From the NCBI GenBank assembly GCA_903851135.1, contig CAINNK010000012.1, positions 4,282 to 68,281 on the forward strand: a stretch of 64,000 bases of DNA, written 5' to 3'. Both the position numbers and the translations under genes were made by a program. The notes beneath the pieces were generated by a model. That model did not search any database and was not told the DNA's origin. It saw only the letters and a list, made by a program, of their open reading frames with translations. Below, piece after piece: positions 29,123-39,130 of this stretch. Every line of letters starts with the position of its first letter. The stretch's first letter is position 1. Source of the stretch: an uncultured bacterium (GTDB lineage Bacteria > Patescibacteriota > Minisyncoccia > Moranbacterales > GWC2-37-73).

Positions 29123-30133
29123 ATGATTACTAACTCAGAAGAACAGGTTGAAGATGTTTCGTTGGACAACACATTGCGCCCGCAAAGGCTTTCGGAATAT
29201 GTTGGTCAAGAGAAAATTCGCAAAAATTTGCAGATGTTTATTGATGCTGCCAAAAAACGAGGTGAATCAATTGAGCATGTGCTGCTTTATGGCCCGGCTG
29301 GGCTTGGCAAGACCACGCTAGCGCATATTATTGCTAATGAGATGGGGGTCAACATTAAGATTACTTCCGGGCCAGCCATTGAAAGAGTGGGTGACCTGGG
29401 TTCAATTTTGACCAATTTGCAAGATGGTGACGTGCTTTTCATTGATGAGATTCATCGACTGAACAAATTGATCGAAGAAGTGCTTTATCCCGCCATGGAA
29501 GATTACAAATTGGATGTGATCATTGGCAAAGGACCATCAGCCAGAACTTTGCAACTTGATTTGCCAAAATTCACTTTGATTGGAGCAACCACTAGGTTGG
29601 GCAGTTTGTCCAATCCACTTCGCAACCGATTCGGCGCAATTCATCGTTTGGAATTTTATAATGACGAGGAAATGAAAAAAATCATCTCTCGCAGTGGCAA
29701 AATTTTGGGTATTTCTTTGGATGAGAGCGGCTCTGGCGAAATTGCGCGCTCTAGTCGCAAGACTCCTCGCGTTGGCAATCGAATCATCAAGCGCGTGCGC
29801 GACTATGCTCAAATCAATGATCACCAAACCATTGACAGTGCAATTGCCAGAAAAGCTCTTGATATGATGGATGTGGATCAACTTGGATTGGAACCGACCG
29901 ACCGCTTTATTTTGGAAACGATTATTAAGAAATTTGGTGGTGGCCCGGTGGGCATTCAAACGATTGCGGCAGCTACTTCGGAAGAAGTTGAAACTATTGA
30001 GGATGTCTATGAACCATTTTTGATTCAATTGGGTTTTTTGACTCGCACGCCGAGGGGACGCGTGGTGACTGAAAGCGGATTTTTGCATTTGGGTTTTCAA
30101 CCGCCTGTTGAAAATCAAAATAAATTGCTATAA
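29123..30133 (+). CDS. ruvB: Holliday junction branch migration helicase RuvB
   Basis: [39 protein letters not shown]. Confidence 0.98.
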   Translation: MITNSEEQVEDVSLDNTLRPQRLSEYVGQEKIRKNLQMFIDAAKKRGESIEHVLLYGPAGLGKTTLAHIIANEMGVNIKITSGPAIERVGDLGSILTNLQDGDVLFIDEIHRLNKLIEEVLYPAMEDYKLDVIIGKGPSARTLQLDLPKFTLIGATTRLGSLSNPLRNRFGAIHRLEFYNDEEMKKIISRSGKILGISLDESGSGEIARSSRKTPRVGNRIIKRVRDYAQINDHQTIDSAIARKALDMMDVDQLGLEPTDRFILETIIKKFGGGPVGIQTIAAATSEEVETIEDVYEPFLIQLGFLTRTPRGRVVTESGFLHLGFQPPVENQNKLL

Positions 30134-30147
30134 TAATGGTGCAAGTC

Positions 30148-30311
30148 AAAGGACGCCAGAGAATAAAATTTTTTTCAAATATCCTCACCGCTCTTTCTTT
30201 TTTAACTAAAATTTTCCCTCACTCTATGGCAACCAATGGAAAATTTTAGAAAAAAGAAAGGCTCGCTCAAGCAATATATTTTTCAAAAAATTTTATTCTC
30301 TGGTATCCTTT
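30148..30311. repeat. Long bulged-hairpin intergenic element
   Basis: AAAGGACGCCAGAGAATAAAATTTTTT pairs with AAAAAATTTTATTCTCTGGTATCCTTT; inner stems have GCTCGCTC bulges. Confidence 0.65.
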
Positions 30312-30429
30312 GTATAGTGGTTTTTTGCTCGAATGCATTTTTCTTTTTTATTTTAGTTAAGAAGAAAAAGTATGCTTGCTCAATATCCCAAAAGACAAAA
30401 TTAATTTGATATGTAAAATAAGTGTAAAT

Positions 30430-30654
30430 ATGTTAGTTGCGATTTTTCAAATTCTCTACTTAATTGTCTTTTTCATTATGCTGCTGATGAGCGCCTTTGT
30501 TATTTTTCATATTGTTTTTTATTCCTATAACGCCTTTTCAAAATTAGTTATGTTGTCAATTTTTGTTCCGGTGGCTGCGGTGTTGCTTTTTACTAATTTC
30601 ATTTTGTTTATGCAAATACCTCTTAGTGAGGTGCTGCCGAAGATTTCAATTTAA
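30430..30654 (+). CDS. Small membrane protein (2 TM)
   Basis: Hydrophobic ORF immediately upstream of 30660. Confidence 0.65.
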   Translation: MLVAIFQILYLIVFFIMLLMSAFVIFHIVFYSYNAFSKLVMLSIFVPVAAVLLFTNFILFMQIPLSEVLPKISI

Positions 30655-30659
30655 AAGAT

Positions 30660-31238
30660 ATGAATGATTTTTCAAAATTTCATTTTAAAGGTGTTGGAGA
30701 AAACGAGGAAATTGTTAGAGTTATTCATCGCAATTGGTTTTATATTTTCCAGCAATTTTTGTTGCTTTTTGTTTTGACAGTAATCTTTTTTACGGCGATT
30801 ATTTTTGTGCCGATTTTCTTCCCAGACTTTATCAGTGCTGGTTCAAGGGAATTCGTGTCTTTTTTTGAAAATTTCTTTCTCTTGGTTATTTGGATGTATG
30901 GTTTTATGATTTGGATTGACTATTATTTCGACGTTTGGATAATCACCACTCAGCGTATTGTTAACATCGAACAGCAAGGGATGTTTTCCAGAAGAGTTAG
31001 TGAAATGGAATATTCAAAAATGCAAGATATCACCGCAGAAGTTGTCGGATTTTTCCCCACAGTGATAAATTATGGAGATGTCAAAGTTCAGACAGCTGGT
31101 GGAGATGAAGAATTTATTTTTAGAACAGTTTCTGATCCGTATAATGTCAAAAATATAATTTTTAATATGCAAAAGAAAGATTCTTTGCAAAATACTGAGG
31201 AGCTTGGAGAGATGATTAAGGAGAAAATGGAAGGCTGA
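30660..31238 (+). CDS. Membrane-anchored bacterial PH (bPH_2/DUF304-like) domain protein
   Basis: 2 TM segments, then WIITTQRIV.IEQ.GMFSR...QDI...YGDVKVQTAG. Confidence 0.8.
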   Translation: MNDFSKFHFKGVGENEEIVRVIHRNWFYIFQQFLLLFVLTVIFFTAIIFVPIFFPDFISAGSREFVSFFENFFLLVIWMYGFMIWIDYYFDVWIITTQRIVNIEQQGMFSRRVSEMEYSKMQDITAEVVGFFPTVINYGDVKVQTAGGDEEFIFRTVSDPYNVKNIIFNMQKKDSLQNTEELGEMIKEKMEG

Positions 31239-31383
31239 TTTAAAGTTGTACTGAAGAAATTTCGCTTGCATGCTTTTTATTTTTATCTTTATCTCAGTGA
31301 AAAAAATAAAAAGCATGTGCGCTCAATTTGAAAAGTTCGCTATTAATCTAAGTGTGCTAAGCGTTTAGGGGGGGTAAATTCAG

Positions 31384-33393
31384 GTGATAACAAAGAAAAA
31401 AACAGAATACTTGCGGGTATTTTCATCGCTGGCACTGCCAATTTTTTTGGCAGTGTTTTTTGTTTTCAAATCGCACGTTTTTGCTGCCGGTCCCAGCGTT
31501 GTTATTAATGAAATTATGACGGCAGACCAAAATTCCACAAAAAATGAATTTATCGAATTATATAATCAAGGTAGTCAGGATGTTGACTTGGCAGGCTTCA
31601 GGTTGGTGAAAAAAACCGCAAGCGGCAGTGAGAGCACTTTAGTTGGTAGTGCAAAGTTTGTTGGAATAATCAAGTCGCATGGATATTTTGTGATTGCATA
31701 CCCTGATTTTAAAAACAGTGTTGAGACAGATTTGGTATATTCCAGCGCCTCGTATTCAATAGCAGACGACAATACAGTGCTTCTTTACGATGAAAATGGA
31801 GAAATGATAGATAAGGTTGGCTATGGCGGAGCAAGTGATTTTGAAACAAAGGCTGCGCAAAATCCTGAGGCAGGGTTTAGTCTTGGCAGGCTTGAGGGAA
31901 AAGACACAGCTGACAATAGCCAAGATTTTGCAGTGCAAAATCCATCGCCAGGAAAAGAAAACAAAAAATTGGCAGAAAAAATTTCAGATCCATTGAAAAC
32001 CTATTCAAACAAAATTCAAATCACCGAGCTTTTTCCGAATCCTTTTCAGGCTAAATATGAAGAATACGTTGAGCTTTACAATGGAACAGGGGAAGATATT
32101 GATTTGCTGGGTTGGACTTTGCACGATGCTTCAAAGTCCGGAAAATACACTTTTCCGGAAAGTCTCATTTTGAAAGCCAAGAAGTATTTGGCGGTCTTCA
32201 AAAAAGATTTCAAATTTGCGCTCAACAATTCCGGGCAGGAAAGTGTGACATTGTTTGATCCAAATGGTAAAGAAGTTTTCAAAGTGCAGTATGATGGAAG
32301 CAAAAAAGATGTTTCATATAATTTCGATGGAAATCGCTGGCGCTGGAGCAAATTTTTGACGCCAGGCACGGAAAATATTTTCAATAATGAGCCATATGGC
32401 ACCGTGAAAATGGATGAAGACATTTTTGTGAACGTTTATGCAAATTTTTCCGTTTCAATTGGCGACCTTGATGGTGATAAAATCAGTGTCACTTGGGATT
32501 TTGGCGATGGACATAAAAGCTACTTGGCAAAAACCAAACATAAATATGTTAAAGAAGGAAAATATTCAGTCAGAGTGAAATTGTCTGATAGCAGTGAAGA
32601 TGTGGTGAAGAATTTCACAGTTGAAGTTGGTCAGGTGCCGCATCCAAAAGTTCGGATCGTGGCCATCAACGCCAATCCTAAGGGCGCAGATACCGGCGAA
32701 GAATCACTGACTATTGAAAATCAGTCCAAGAAAAAAATAAATTTAAATGGCTGGAGCATTGCCACTGGTTGGAAGAAATTCGTTAATCATCCCATCAAAG
32801 AAGATGTGATTATCAAAAAAGACAAAACGGCGCAGGTGACGTCTGACGTTTCGAGCTTTTCTTTGAACAACACCAAGGCCAGGATTCAGCTGCGTTATCC
32901 AGATGGCAAAGTGGCGCAGGAAGTAAAATATAAAAAAGCCGAAGGAATTCAGGATGGGGAAGTTTATCAGAAAGTAAAGGGAGGATGGGTTTGGAAAATA
33001 GTAATCAGTAATCAGGAACTAGTAACTAGCAATAAAAATATAAAAGTCAGTGAACAGGAAGCAGTGGACGATAATCAAAAGGCAATAAGCAATGAACAGG
33101 AAGCAAAAGATAATAATCAAAACACACTAGACCTGACTACCGGACAGTCAGGCAATGTACAAGATGACAAGAGGGAAAATAAGATTTTAACTGGCGAAGA
33201 TGATTTGGTGAAAATTGAGTTGCTGAAAAATCAGCCAGCCGTGTTGGGGGCAGAAACTGTGCGGGAAGTCGGCGGGCAATATTTGTTCACTCCGCAGATT
33301 GAGCAGAAGCACTATTTAGTTTCGTTTTGGGAAAAACTCTTTACAAATTTAAATGCAGATATTACTTTTTTATTAAATTCTTTCTTAAAATAA
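31384..33393 (+). CDS. Secreted/surface protein with three lamin-tail domains and a PKD domain
   Basis: Signal peptide; VVINEI..EFIELYN, IQITEL.PNP..EYVELYN and a third LTD-like unit; WDFGDG...H.Y..EGKY PKD motif. Confidence 0.85.
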   Translation: MITKKKTEYLRVFSSLALPIFLAVFFVFKSHVFAAGPSVVINEIMTADQNSTKNEFIELYNQGSQDVDLAGFRLVKKTASGSESTLVGSAKFVGIIKSHGYFVIAYPDFKNSVETDLVYSSASYSIADDNTVLLYDENGEMIDKVGYGGASDFETKAAQNPEAGFSLGRLEGKDTADNSQDFAVQNPSPGKENKKLAEKISDPLKTYSNKIQITELFPNPFQAKYEEYVELYNGTGEDIDLLGWTLHDASKSGKYTFPESLILKAKKYLAVFKKDFKFALNNSGQESVTLFDPNGKEVFKVQYDGSKKDVSYNFDGNRWRWSKFLTPGTENIFNNEPYGTVKMDEDIFVNVYANFSVSIGDLDGDKISVTWDFGDGHKSYLAKTKHKYVKEGKYSVRVKLSDSSEDVVKNFTVEVGQVPHPKVRIVAINANPKGADTGEESLTIENQSKKKINLNGWSIATGWKKFVNHPIKEDVIIKKDKTAQVTSDVSSFSLNNTKARIQLRYPDGKVAQEVKYKKAEGIQDGEVYQKVKGGWVWKIVISNQELVTSNKNIKVSEQEAVDDNQKAISNEQEAKDNNQNTLDLTTGQSGNVQDDKRENKILTGEDDLVKIELLKNQPAVLGAETVREVGGQYLFTPQIEQKHYLVSFWEKLFTNLNADITFLLNSFLK

Positions 33394-33456
33394 AAATACT
33401 CCACTTAAGCTGGTTGCCTAAGTGGAGTATAAAGATGGCAGTGATGCGAGCGAGGT

Positions 33457-33867
33457 TTATTTTTTACCACGGCTTGCAATTTTGAGTCTGCCGGAATCGG
33501 TGACAGTTAGAATTCCTTTGCGGATAAGGTCCGATCCTTTTAGTGCAATGAATGCCAGTATGTCCTTTGACGGAACTTCTGCAGATGTTTTGTGAATTCT
33601 GTCGATAATCTCGAGCTTATCTGCACCAGCTGGTCTGCAATGAAAAGAATGCTTTCCGATATCAATCGGACGGGCGAAACCAAGCTGCTGGTTGAGGCTT
33701 TTCTTCGAGCTACTTCCTGGCTTGCTTGAGCCCTGGCTGCCGGTTTTTTGTCCATGCAGGGTGGAAACGATTTTAAGTTTTCCGCTGTTTAATCCTGCAG
33801 CAAGCTGGTCAAGTTCATTTTGGTCAATGCAGCGTCCACCACGTCCGGTGATTTTTTTCTGATTCAT
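33457..33867 (-). CDS. Hypothetical protein
   Basis: Start at MNQK after boxA-like TTCTTTGAAAA and SD AAGGA; terminator at 33397-33430. Confidence 0.55.
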   Translation of the reverse strand: MNQKKITGRGGRCIDQNELDQLAAGLNSGKLKIVSTLHGQKTGSQGSSKPGSSSKKSLNQQLGFARPIDIGKHSFHCRPAGADKLEIIDRIHKTSAEVPSKDILAFIALKGSDLIRKGILTVTDSGRLKIASRGKK

Positions 33868-34256
33868 TGGAGTGTTCCTTGTTTTGGTATTTTTCAAAGA
33901 AAGAAATATCACCTTGGTCCAAAATTTTAAGGACTTTAGTGAATACAAAAAGGTTAATTCCTCTAGGTACCAAAACATTTTAGCAAAGTGTGAAAATATG
34001 TCAAGGGGTCTCAGAAACCCGATTTTATCGGCCTATTTGATTGTTATTTTGAAATAAAAAAGCCACCTCGCACGAATTATGCAAGGTGGTGAAACATTAT
34101 ACTCATTAAAGATATTTGTTTATTGCCGAGAGTGACCCCAAAAATAAAGAGCGGATGATTCGCTTTGTTTTGCAATTGCTGAAGAAATAAAAAATTGATA
34201 TGAAAAAAGCGCAAGAGGAAAATATTTTCCAATTGCGCTAGAAATTCTTTTTGCTT

Positions 34257-34385
34257 TTAATTAATATGCTGTAGATACAGATAATACAAAAGCAGAGTCA
34301 AGCCTGCCCCTAAGCAGCTCCATTTAAAATTAACCCAAGCCACTTTGGGATCCTGTGAAAATACTCTGGCAAAGATCTTTTTCAT
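34257..34385 (-). CDS. Small membrane peptide (42 aa)
   Basis: Hand translation MKKIFARVFSQDPKVAWVNFKWSCLGAGLTLLLYYLYLQHIN; SD ACGGAG; followed by a terminator. Confidence 0.5.
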   Translation of the reverse strand: MKKIFARVFSQDPKVAWVNFKWSCLGAGLTLLLYYLYLQHIN

Positions 34386-34504
34386 GTTTTTCTCCGTTTT
34401 TTTTGTTTTAATGTTTGGTTTTTCCATCTCTTGAAAGTACGAATTTTCATACTCTCAATGATGGGGCCGAGGTGGAAAGATTTCCAAATCGGCCAGGTTA
34501 TTGT

Positions 34505-34996
34505 TTACTCCTGCAGTGACTTTGGGATTGCTGGTATTGTGTTGACAGAGACCATAAGATTATTGAGCGCCATCAACTTTAAAGTTACTTCCTCCCAGGT
34601 GCCTTTGAATCCAAGAAAATCTGAAAATGTGTTTTTTGCGATCTTTTCATATTCTTCATCCTTGGTTCTATCCGAAGATGTGCACCATGTGCAATCACCT
34701 ATGTATGCCTCATTATTATTTCTAAAGACAGCGGATAAACACCAGCGCGAGAAATCGCTGGAAAACAGATCAAGATCCAAGATTACATTAAATGGAATGT
34801 CAGGATCAGGGTCGTCATCTTCTGAACAGCACTCTATGGAATCATTAAGCGGTACGTTAGGAAGAATAATATCAAGAATAGAGAGTTTGTTAAATAGTAG
34901 ACACCACTCTTCCATAATTCCTACATTTGTATGATAGTCAAAATTACTCACTTCGGAAGCGATGCTTTTGATAATTGAATCGGAAGGCTTTTCCAT
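34505..34996 (-). CDS. Hypothetical acidic protein
   Basis: 163-aa ORF co-oriented with its neighbours. Confidence 0.5.
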   Translation of the reverse strand: MEKPSDSIIKSIASEVSNFDYHTNVGIMEEWCLLFNKLSILDIILPNVPLNDSIECCSEDDDPDPDIPFNVILDLDLFSSDFSRWCLSAVFRNNNEAYIGDCTWCTSSDRTKDEEYEKIAKNTFSDFLGFKGTWEEVTLKLMALNNLMVSVNTIPAIPKSLQE

Positions 34997-35085
34997 GACT
35001 TTGTTTTTTTGATTGTTGTTGAATAGCTGTTTTTATAAATAGATGCGAAGTTTTGACCAAGGATAACTTCGCAAACCTTATTCTT

Positions 35086-35394
35086 CTAACAAACAATAGG
35101 GTTCATAATAATTTTTATGTCAAACAATCTATCGTTATGTCCCCTAAGAGAAGCATTTTGGGCATGAAGCTCCTCAATCTCTAGCTTCAAACTCTCTAGA
35201 GTTTCTACTTCTCCGCATTCTTCTGCGGACTTTTCTGCACTTTCGATGGGTTTGTATTTGGTGATTTCTTCGCCTGTTTCATTAAGCAATTCATCATTGT
35301 ATTCCCTAAGGGAAATACTTTGGGCGCGAAGTGACTTGATCTCGAGCTTCAAGCTCGCTAGAGTTTCTTCGTGTCCGCATTTTTCTGTTTTCAT
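35086..35394 (-). CDS. Coiled-coil protein with internal duplication
   Basis: CG.EETLASLKLEI...LREYNDEL repeated as CG.VETLESLKLEI...LRGHNDRL; SD ACGGAG. Confidence 0.6.
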   Translation of the reverse strand: MKTEKCGHEETLASLKLEIKSLRAQSISLREYNDELLNETGEEITKYKPIESAEKSAEECGEVETLESLKLEIEELHAQNASLRGHNDRLFDIKIIMNPIVC

Positions 35395-35524
35395 TTTTTC
35401 TCCGTTGGTTGCGTTTTTAAATAACTTTTTGTTAGATGATAGGTTATTCCTAATTCATCTTAACGAGCAAGTATATACTATTTTTGGTATTTTATCAATA
35501 GTAAAAAATGATAATATGCCTAAA

Positions 35525-35597
35525 AATAGCTTAAAAATAGGATAATTAAAATTATTTATCAAGAATGTTGACAAATATGGTGGTTTTTGGTGGGCTA
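35525..35597. promoter_or_regulatory. Duplicated operator/promoter module
   Basis: Near-identical to 37136-37185 (direct) and 25404-25458 (inverted); contains TATCAAGAATGTTGACA. Confidence 0.7.
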
Positions 35598-35682
35598 TAG
35601 AGATAAAGAAGCTAAGTCTCCAAGGGGAGGCTTAGCTTCTAAAACTTTATTGTGATGTTCGGTTAGTTAAAGAAAAACAAAT

Positions 35683-36375
35683 CTATTTTTTCTTCGCCCT
35701 AAACAGAAAATAACCAGGATAGTTTTCTCCGTCAATGCACTCAGTGCATTCCTTTGTGTCAGCTTTTTCATGAAATTGTTCAATGATAAAATTATCAAAG
35801 AGCATATTTGAAAAGTAATCATTAAATGTATGGCTCCATTCTTTCAGAGGTAATGTATGCTCATATATCCATGAAACAACCACTTCCTTTTTGAAATAAT
35901 CTCTTGGTCGCTCAGGTTTTTCCAGAAAGTGCCTGACTGGATGAGTTGCTAAGACAATGAAATAACCGCCAGGCTTTAAAACCCTAATGACTTCATTGTA
36001 AAAATGTTCAATACTTTCAAACGCTTGTGGCGCATATTTTGAAACAACGACATCAAAAGTCTTATCTTCAAATGGAATAGCGTCAGATAGTCCAATTTTT
36101 ACGGAAGCTTCACCTAGTCTTTTGTTTGCAAATGCAACTTCCTTATCAGATGCATCAATACCACTAACCTTAAAGCCAAAAGTATCTCTATAATGTAAAA
36201 GATCATGTCCGCTGCCACAGGCCACGTCAAGTAATTTTTTTCCTTTTGTTTCAAAATTTAAAAATGTATAAAATAAGGCTCTGCTTTCCTTATCATACTT
36301 GAGCGTCTTCCAATCATGTTCATCTGCCCAGCTATTATATTGATCAACTGTATATATGCTTTTATTGCTAATCAT
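35683..36375 (-). CDS. Class I SAM-dependent methyltransferase
   Basis: LLDVACGSG, GIDAS, IPFEDKTFDVV, RVLKPGG. Confidence 0.92.
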   Translation of the reverse strand: MISNKSIYTVDQYNSWADEHDWKTLKYDKESRALFYTFLNFETKGKKLLDVACGSGHDLLHYRDTFGFKVSGIDASDKEVAFANKRLGEASVKIGLSDAIPFEDKTFDVVVSKYAPQAFESIEHFYNEVIRVLKPGGYFIVLATHPVRHFLEKPERPRDYFKKEVVVSWIYEHTLPLKEWSHTFNDYFSNMLFDNFIIEQFHEKADTKECTECIDGENYPGYFLFRAKKK

Positions 36376-36395
36376 ATTTTTTAATTTAATTTAAT

Positions 36396-37028
36396 TTAAT
36401 TCTGCTTGATTCTGCTTGTTACTTTTGACCTATTTCCATTTGAAAGGAAGCTTACTAGAACTTTTGGCATAATTCCAGTTTCTCTTGCTATTCTTTCTCT
36501 TCCTTTGTAATCAGATTTTTCAGCAACTGAGAATATGTCAACAACTTCCACTCCAGCGCTTCTGAGCAACTTAACCATCGCTATGATAGTGCCGCCAGTA
36601 TCTATGATGTCGTCGACGATGATTGCTCTTTTTAAATTTGTCGAAAGACCATTTAGATACAATTTTCCATCCGTGTAGGCATTTTTAAAATCCACATGTA
36701 TTTCTCCTTCAAAACCAGCTGGATTCCATTTTGTTAGGGTGAAGGGTTTGTTAAATTGCATAGACAATATCGCGCAGAGATAGCCGCCCCTGTCTTCTTC
36801 ACCAACAATAAAATCAATATCATCGAAATTCACAATGCGAGAAGTTTCTTCTGCTATTTGTCTTAATAATTCAGGCCTTGTAATGGGAGCATGATCCGTT
36901 AAAGAGTTGACGCAGTATTTTTTGCCAGAAACCAATTTAATAGGTTTTTCGTTGAAAGTTTCAAAGATGTAATCACGCGCAGTATCTTTTTTTGAGGATA
37001 TAATACTTTTTTGATTCATATTTAGCAT
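36396..37028 (-). CDS. Purine phosphoribosyltransferase-like protein (APRT/Hpt type)
   Basis: IVGEEDRG and AIIVDDIIDTGGT PRPP-binding loop. Confidence 0.85.
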   Translation of the reverse strand: MLNMNQKSIISSKKDTARDYIFETFNEKPIKLVSGKKYCVNSLTDHAPITRPELLRQIAEETSRIVNFDDIDFIVGEEDRGGYLCAILSMQFNKPFTLTKWNPAGFEGEIHVDFKNAYTDGKLYLNGLSTNLKRAIIVDDIIDTGGTIIAMVKLLRSAGVEVVDIFSVAEKSDYKGRERIARETGIMPKVLVSFLSNGNRSKVTSRIKQN

Positions 37029-37212
37029 ATTTTAGTTGGTTTAAATAAAGCATAACAAAATAATATACAACATTTCGACAAAATTATCAATAGTTATTTA
37101 CATGTATATGCCTTTGAAAGGCTTATAAAATGCAAAATTAAAATTATTTGTCAAAGATGTTGACAAATATGGTGGTTTTTGGTAGGATTTAGGTAAGCTA
37201 ATTTTGTAATCA

Positions 37213-37318
37213 TGTCATTCTGAATTTATTTCAGGATCTCGGTTACAGGCAGTGTTGTGAAATAAAGAAAGTAGATTATGAAACCCTCCAAAGGCGGACA
37301 GGCAAGTTCAGAATGACA
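37213..37318. repeat. REP-like TGTCAT...ATGACA element with a nested small palindrome
   Basis: Homolog of 13680-13766; right arm interrupted by CCTCCAAAGGCGGACAGGC. Confidence 0.75.
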
Positions 37319-37332
37319 GCGGGATATGATAA

Positions 37333-37368
37333 AAAATCTAAAATCTAAAATCTAAAATCTAAAATCTA
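37333..37368. repeat. Perfect heptamer tandem repeat (AAATCTA x5)
   Basis: Directly visible upstream of the TrmB start. Confidence 0.85.
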
Positions 37369-37379
37369 TTTAAAAATTT

Positions 37380-38123
37380 ATGGATCAAGACTTAATAAAA
37401 CTTTTGGAAACGACGGGTTTCACGGAAAAAGAGGCACAAGTGTATTTGGCGCTGGTTGAGCTTGGGACGGGAAACGTGACGGATATTTCGAAAACAACCA
37501 AGCTCAAGCGCTCGATTATTTATGTTATTTTGGAAGGCTTGATGAAAAGGGGCTATGCTAGTGAACTGCCAAATTTGAAAATCAACACCTATCAAGCGAC
37601 TGACCCGACTGTGATTTTGTCGCAACTCAAAAATGTGGCCAAAAATTTTTCAGAAATGCTCCCAATGATTCGCACGCTCGGCAGCAAGGGTAAGAGCAGA
37701 CCGAAAATCAGTTATTACGACACGAAAGAAGCAATCTTGAAGGCCTGGGAGATTATGGGTAACGAGGATGATATCTTTTATATTTATTCCTGCGAGAGAA
37801 GCGAACAGCATTATCCTGGCATAACTGATAAATGGGCTAAGGGATATAACAAAAAGATTTATCCTTTGGGAAATCGACATTTGGTGCCGAACAATAAAAG
37901 CGAAGTTGAAATAGCTCAAAAGTTTTTAGCAGTCGGCGAAAGAGTACGCTCGCTAGATGATTTAAATGGCATGAATATGGACTTTACTCTTTTCTCCAAT
38001 AAAATTTCAATTGTTTCACTTGAGGAAAATCCTTTTATTGTGGTCATTGAATCTGAGGAATTGGTCAAATCCATCCGGCCGATTTTTGAAATTGCCTGGG
38101 CGAAGGGAAAAGAGGTAAAATAG
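37380..38123 (+). CDS. TrmB-family transcriptional regulator
   Basis: FTEKEAQVYLALVELG...LKRSIIYVILEGL; RPKISYY; VVIES...FEIAW. Confidence 0.88.
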   Translation: MDQDLIKLLETTGFTEKEAQVYLALVELGTGNVTDISKTTKLKRSIIYVILEGLMKRGYASELPNLKINTYQATDPTVILSQLKNVAKNFSEMLPMIRTLGSKGKSRPKISYYDTKEAILKAWEIMGNEDDIFYIYSCERSEQHYPGITDKWAKGYNKKIYPLGNRHLVPNNKSEVEIAQKFLAVGERVRSLDDLNGMNMDFTLFSNKISIVSLEENPFIVVIESEELVKSIRPIFEIAWAKGKEVK

Positions 38124-38273
38124 TTTTGCTTGAAATGAAAAGTTTAGGGTGTTAGGATGAAATTAAGTTAAAAAGCCACAAAGTCGCAAGTTATAAAGTT
38201 ATAAAGTTAAAAAGGTATTGGGCATTTTGAATTTACACCATAATACATAATACTCGATACATCATACAAAGAC

Positions 38274-38990
38274 ATGAGCGGACATTCACATTGGGCGGGT
38301 ATTAAACAACGTAAAGGGGTTAATGATGCCAAACGGGCGAAAGTCTTTACGAGGCACGGCCGGCTTATTACAATTGCAGCTAAAGAAGGTGGTGGCAAGC
38401 CGGAAATGAACTTTAAACTGCAAATGGCTATTGATAGTGCCCGTTACATGAATATGCCAAAGGAAACTATTGAACGCGCAATTAAAAAAGGTACGGGCGA
38501 ACTCAAAGACGGGGCTGAGATTGAAGAAATTATCTATGAAGGCTATGGTCCTGGCAATGTGGCAATGCTCATTAAAACGGCCACGGACAATCGCAATCGC
38601 ACGGGCAGTGAAATCAGAAGCGTGCTGACCAAGGGCGGCGGCAAGCCTGCTAGTGAAGGCGGCGTGAAATTCATGTTCAAATTAGTTGGCAGCATTGCAG
38701 TTGCGGTTGGCGATAAAACAGTTGATGAATTGGAAATGTTGGCTATTGAAGCTGGAGCGGAAGATATGATTTTGGAAGAAGAAATTTTTGTGGTCTATAC
38801 CAAGGTTGAAGATTTGAAAACTGTGAAAGAACAGCTTGAGAAAGTTGGTCTCAAAATTGAAGGCGCCGAACTGGTCTATGTGGCCTTGCAAAAAACCGAA
38901 TTGGCAGAAAGCTCAAGAGTTGAATATGAAAAACTTTTGGAAAAACTTGATGAACATGAGGACGTGCAGGAAGTGTATGACAACCTATAA
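38274..38990 (+). CDS. yebC: YebC/PmpR family protein
   Basis: MSGHSHWAGIK..KG..DAKR, YEGYGPG, TDNRNRT, DVQEVYDN. Confidence 0.95.
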   Translation: MSGHSHWAGIKQRKGVNDAKRAKVFTRHGRLITIAAKEGGGKPEMNFKLQMAIDSARYMNMPKETIERAIKKGTGELKDGAEIEEIIYEGYGPGNVAMLIKTATDNRNRTGSEIRSVLTKGGGKPASEGGVKFMFKLVGSIAVAVGDKTVDELEMLAIEAGAEDMILEEEIFVVYTKVEDLKTVKEQLEKVGLKIEGAELVYVALQKTELAESSRVEYEKLLEKLDEHEDVQEVYDNL

Positions 38991-39112
38991 AAAATTAAAA
39001 TGTAAATCTCAAAAATAAAAATGACAATTAAAAATTAAAAATGCATTCAGGTTAATAGTTTTGCATTTTTCTTTGTCATTTTCCATTTTGATTTTTTATT
39101 TTTACAATTTCT
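38990..39112. mobile_element. MITE-like element built from inverted heptamer arrays
   Basis: Inverted copy of 50692-50812; related element at 55735-55841. Confidence 0.6.
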
Positions 39113-39130
39113 TTTTTAATATAGAAAATA

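Noticed and set aside
34431-34934. 167-aa ORF on the + strand
   Set aside because: Antisense to 34505-34996, which is co-oriented with neighbouring genes; no SD.
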